Below, one piece after another: positions 62,388-64,000 of a stretch of DNA of 64,000 nucleotides (its first letter is position 1; the number at the start of each line of letters is the position of its first letter). The position numbers and the translations under genes were made by a program. This DNA comes from a virus (Duplodnaviria; Caudoviricetes): IMG/VR virus record IMGVR_UViG_3300031853_000019, positions 18,749-82,748 of that record. One strand, 5' to 3'. Below the pieces are notes generated by a model, which was given only the letters and a program-made list of their open reading frames with translations, ran no database searches and was not told where the DNA came from.

Positions 62388-64000
62388 CTTTTTTACCTCT
62401 TTCATTTTCAAGTATCAGACTTCCATCTTCTTTTATATCTGTTATTTTATAAACAGTATGCCCTTGAGTGCTTGCATATTTCTTTACGACGAACATATCA
62501 TCCCGCCTAAATCCATTCAACAATAACATTGTTCCTCTCGTAAACCAGCCTTTTTCAACCACTTTCTTTGATCCATCAGGTTGTACTTCACTTATTTGTC
62601 GCTTATACATAGCGTACATATCTCTAGTGAACTTGACTGGAACAACGCCATCTGTTGTCAATAAGGTGATAGAATGGCGGGGATCATTTTTACTAATTAC
62701 TGTTCCCGCAATTCTAAATAGATGATAAATAGGAACTGTCTTTCGCCACATTGTTTCTACTATTGGTTCAGAACTATAATCAAAGAAGTTTTCGATACCA
62801 TACTTCTCTACATCAACATCTTTTAACTCATGGTCATGATAATAGAAGCACAATGATTCCATTTCCCACGCAGATAAGTTTACTTTACCTTTTGTGTACT
62901 TATCCCATATTTCTTCAAACAAGAGATAATTATATTGCTTTAATGTTTCCTCTTGATTGTTCATTAACCAATTTCTTACATTGTTCATGAACACATCATA
63001 GATATTCTTCTTCCATACATCTTGCTTAATGACGGGGATACCATCATTTATCTCGATATAATCATAATCAAACTCTGGATGTTCTTTACCAATATTTATA
63101 TAATATTCATACACTCCTTCAGGCACTAACTTTAAATATGTTGTACCCGTTGCAGAATCAACAAATTTATTTTTAAGAAGATGTTTGTGCATATTAAATA
63201 CAGACTTCTCAAACTCTAAATCCGCGGGAAGCAGTTCTTTTTGAACTAATCCACTTAAATTCTGTAAGTTTAGCTTGGTCTTAGGAGAACTTATCTGAGA
63301 GATATAATAAATCATATTTAAATATCTTGGTTCACCTTCTCCTAAATCAGAGGTATAATTATCAAATGCTCCACCTTTAATTAAAGAAATCATAGCGGGC
63401 TTCTTTAATGTTAGCCTATTCATGAAATCTTTAATATTTTTATAAGGTCTGCCCGCCTTAATAGCTTCAATCATTTCTGCATTAACCCCACTTAATGCTT
63501 TAAGACCAAATAAAATTTGATTGTTCTTTACATCAGGTTTAAAGCTATAATCAGACTTATTAATATCTACTAATGATACTTTAATACCATGTTCAATAAT
63601 TTCGCCTAATGCCTTTGCTATCTTAGCGTAGTCTGCATTTTTCTCTTTTGCTTCTGCATCTTCATCATCAATTTCATCATTTTCAAGACTTGCACTATTT
63701 ACTACTAACACTGCGGTATTCCAATAGATAGGATTCCACTTTGTTGCAAGATATGCTGTTTGATATCCAATAAAACTATATGCAAGTGCATGAATATCAG
63801 AGAATGAATAACCCAGCTGAGGTTTAGCAATAGCGTCCCATTCATATCTTCCTATTGATGAAGATTTTGCGGATGTTGCTATCTTTTCCCTTAACTCTGG
63901 AATCTTGTTCATCTGCTTCTTACCAATAATCTTTCGTGCGGCATTTGCATCTTTAAGACTAAACCCACAGATGTTCGGGTCCATTAAACTCTTCATTAAT
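62380..64000 (-). CDS. dnaE: DNA polymerase III alpha subunit, C-terminal part (open at window edge)
   Basis: ARKIIGKK, GYSFSDIHALAYS, YW..AVL, PDVKNNQILFGLKALSG, C-terminal OB fold (IAGTVISK). Confidence 0.9.
   Translation of the reverse strand, partial: LMKSLMDPNICGFSLKDANAARKIIGKKQMNKIPELREKIATSAKSSSIGRYEWDAIAKPQLGYSFSDIHALAYSFIGYQTAYLATKWNPIYWNTAVLVVNSASLENDEIDDEDAEAKEKNADYAKIAKALGEIIEHGIKVSLVDINKSDYSFKPDVKNNQILFGLKALSGVNAEMIEAIKAGRPYKNIKDFMNRLTLKKPAMISLIKGGAFDNYTSDLGEGEPRYLNMIYYISQISSPKTKLNLQNLSGLVQKELLPADLEFEKSVFNMHKHLLKNKFVDSATGTTYLKLVPEGVYEYYINIGKEHPEFDYDYIEINDGIPVIKQDVWKKNIYDVFMNNVRNWLMNNQEETLKQYNYLLFEEIWDKYTKGKVNLSAWEMESLCFYYHDHELKDVDVEKYGIENFFDYSSEPIVETMWRKTVPIYHLFRIAGTVISKNDPRHSITLLTTDGVVPVKFTRDMYAMYKRQISEVQPDGSKKVVEKGWFTRGTMLLLNGFRRDDMFVVKKYASTQGHTVYKITDIKEDGSLILENERGKKDV

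Noticed and set aside
25-62990. Numerous antisense and overlapping ORFs in the track (e.g. 2616-3017, 6396-6854, 12415-12837, 16740-17153, 18207-18389, 18826-19167, 20170-20388, 29741-30244)
   Set aside because: No RBS, opposite to well-supported genes or lying across promoter/hairpin DNA, with low-complexity translations
1-64000. Alternative genetic code (stop-codon recoding)
   Set aside because: All large genes are intact under the standard code and no suppressor tRNA was seen

Overview
A 64-kb segment of a large, AT-rich tailed phage genome, probably a long-tailed siphovirus of an anaerobic Firmicute (Clostridia-like RBSs, sigmaA promoters, DnaA boxes, class III RNR; host assignment is inference). 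Layout: (1) 1-3.7 kb, a minus-strand operon of small mosaic accessory genes plus a SprT-like protease; (2) 3.8-6.4 kb, a few plus-strand genes, a possible replication/DNA-binding protein and a hairpin-rich non-coding stretch; (3) 6.4-20.2 kb, an early host-takeover-like module of about 40 tiny minus-strand genes driven by about 31 near-consensus sigmaA promoters, punctuated by 12 intact (plus 1 degenerate) plus-strand cassettes of the form palindromic operator - TTGACA-N17/18-TATAAT - GC hairpin with variable loop - terminator that encode no protein and look like a dispersed family of small hairpin RNAs; this module also holds an atypical tRNA-like RNA with a G3-U70 alanine identity pair, DnaA-box triplets, a covarying 5'-UTR motif and several orphan ncRNA candidates; (4) 21-56.8 kb, the plus-strand morphogenesis operon (terminase, portal, protease/scaffold, capsid, tail tube, 2744-aa tape measure, tail tip proteins, holin-like); (5) 56.8-64 kb, minus-strand DNA metabolism genes (RuvC-like, dut, nrdD split by a 521-nt group I intron whose ORF is not a recognisable homing endonuclease, gmk, dnaE partial). 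The most promising undescribed system is the hairpin-sRNA cassette array with its operator and apparent in-cis complementary RNA. All protein calls come from motif recognition by eye; no searches were run.
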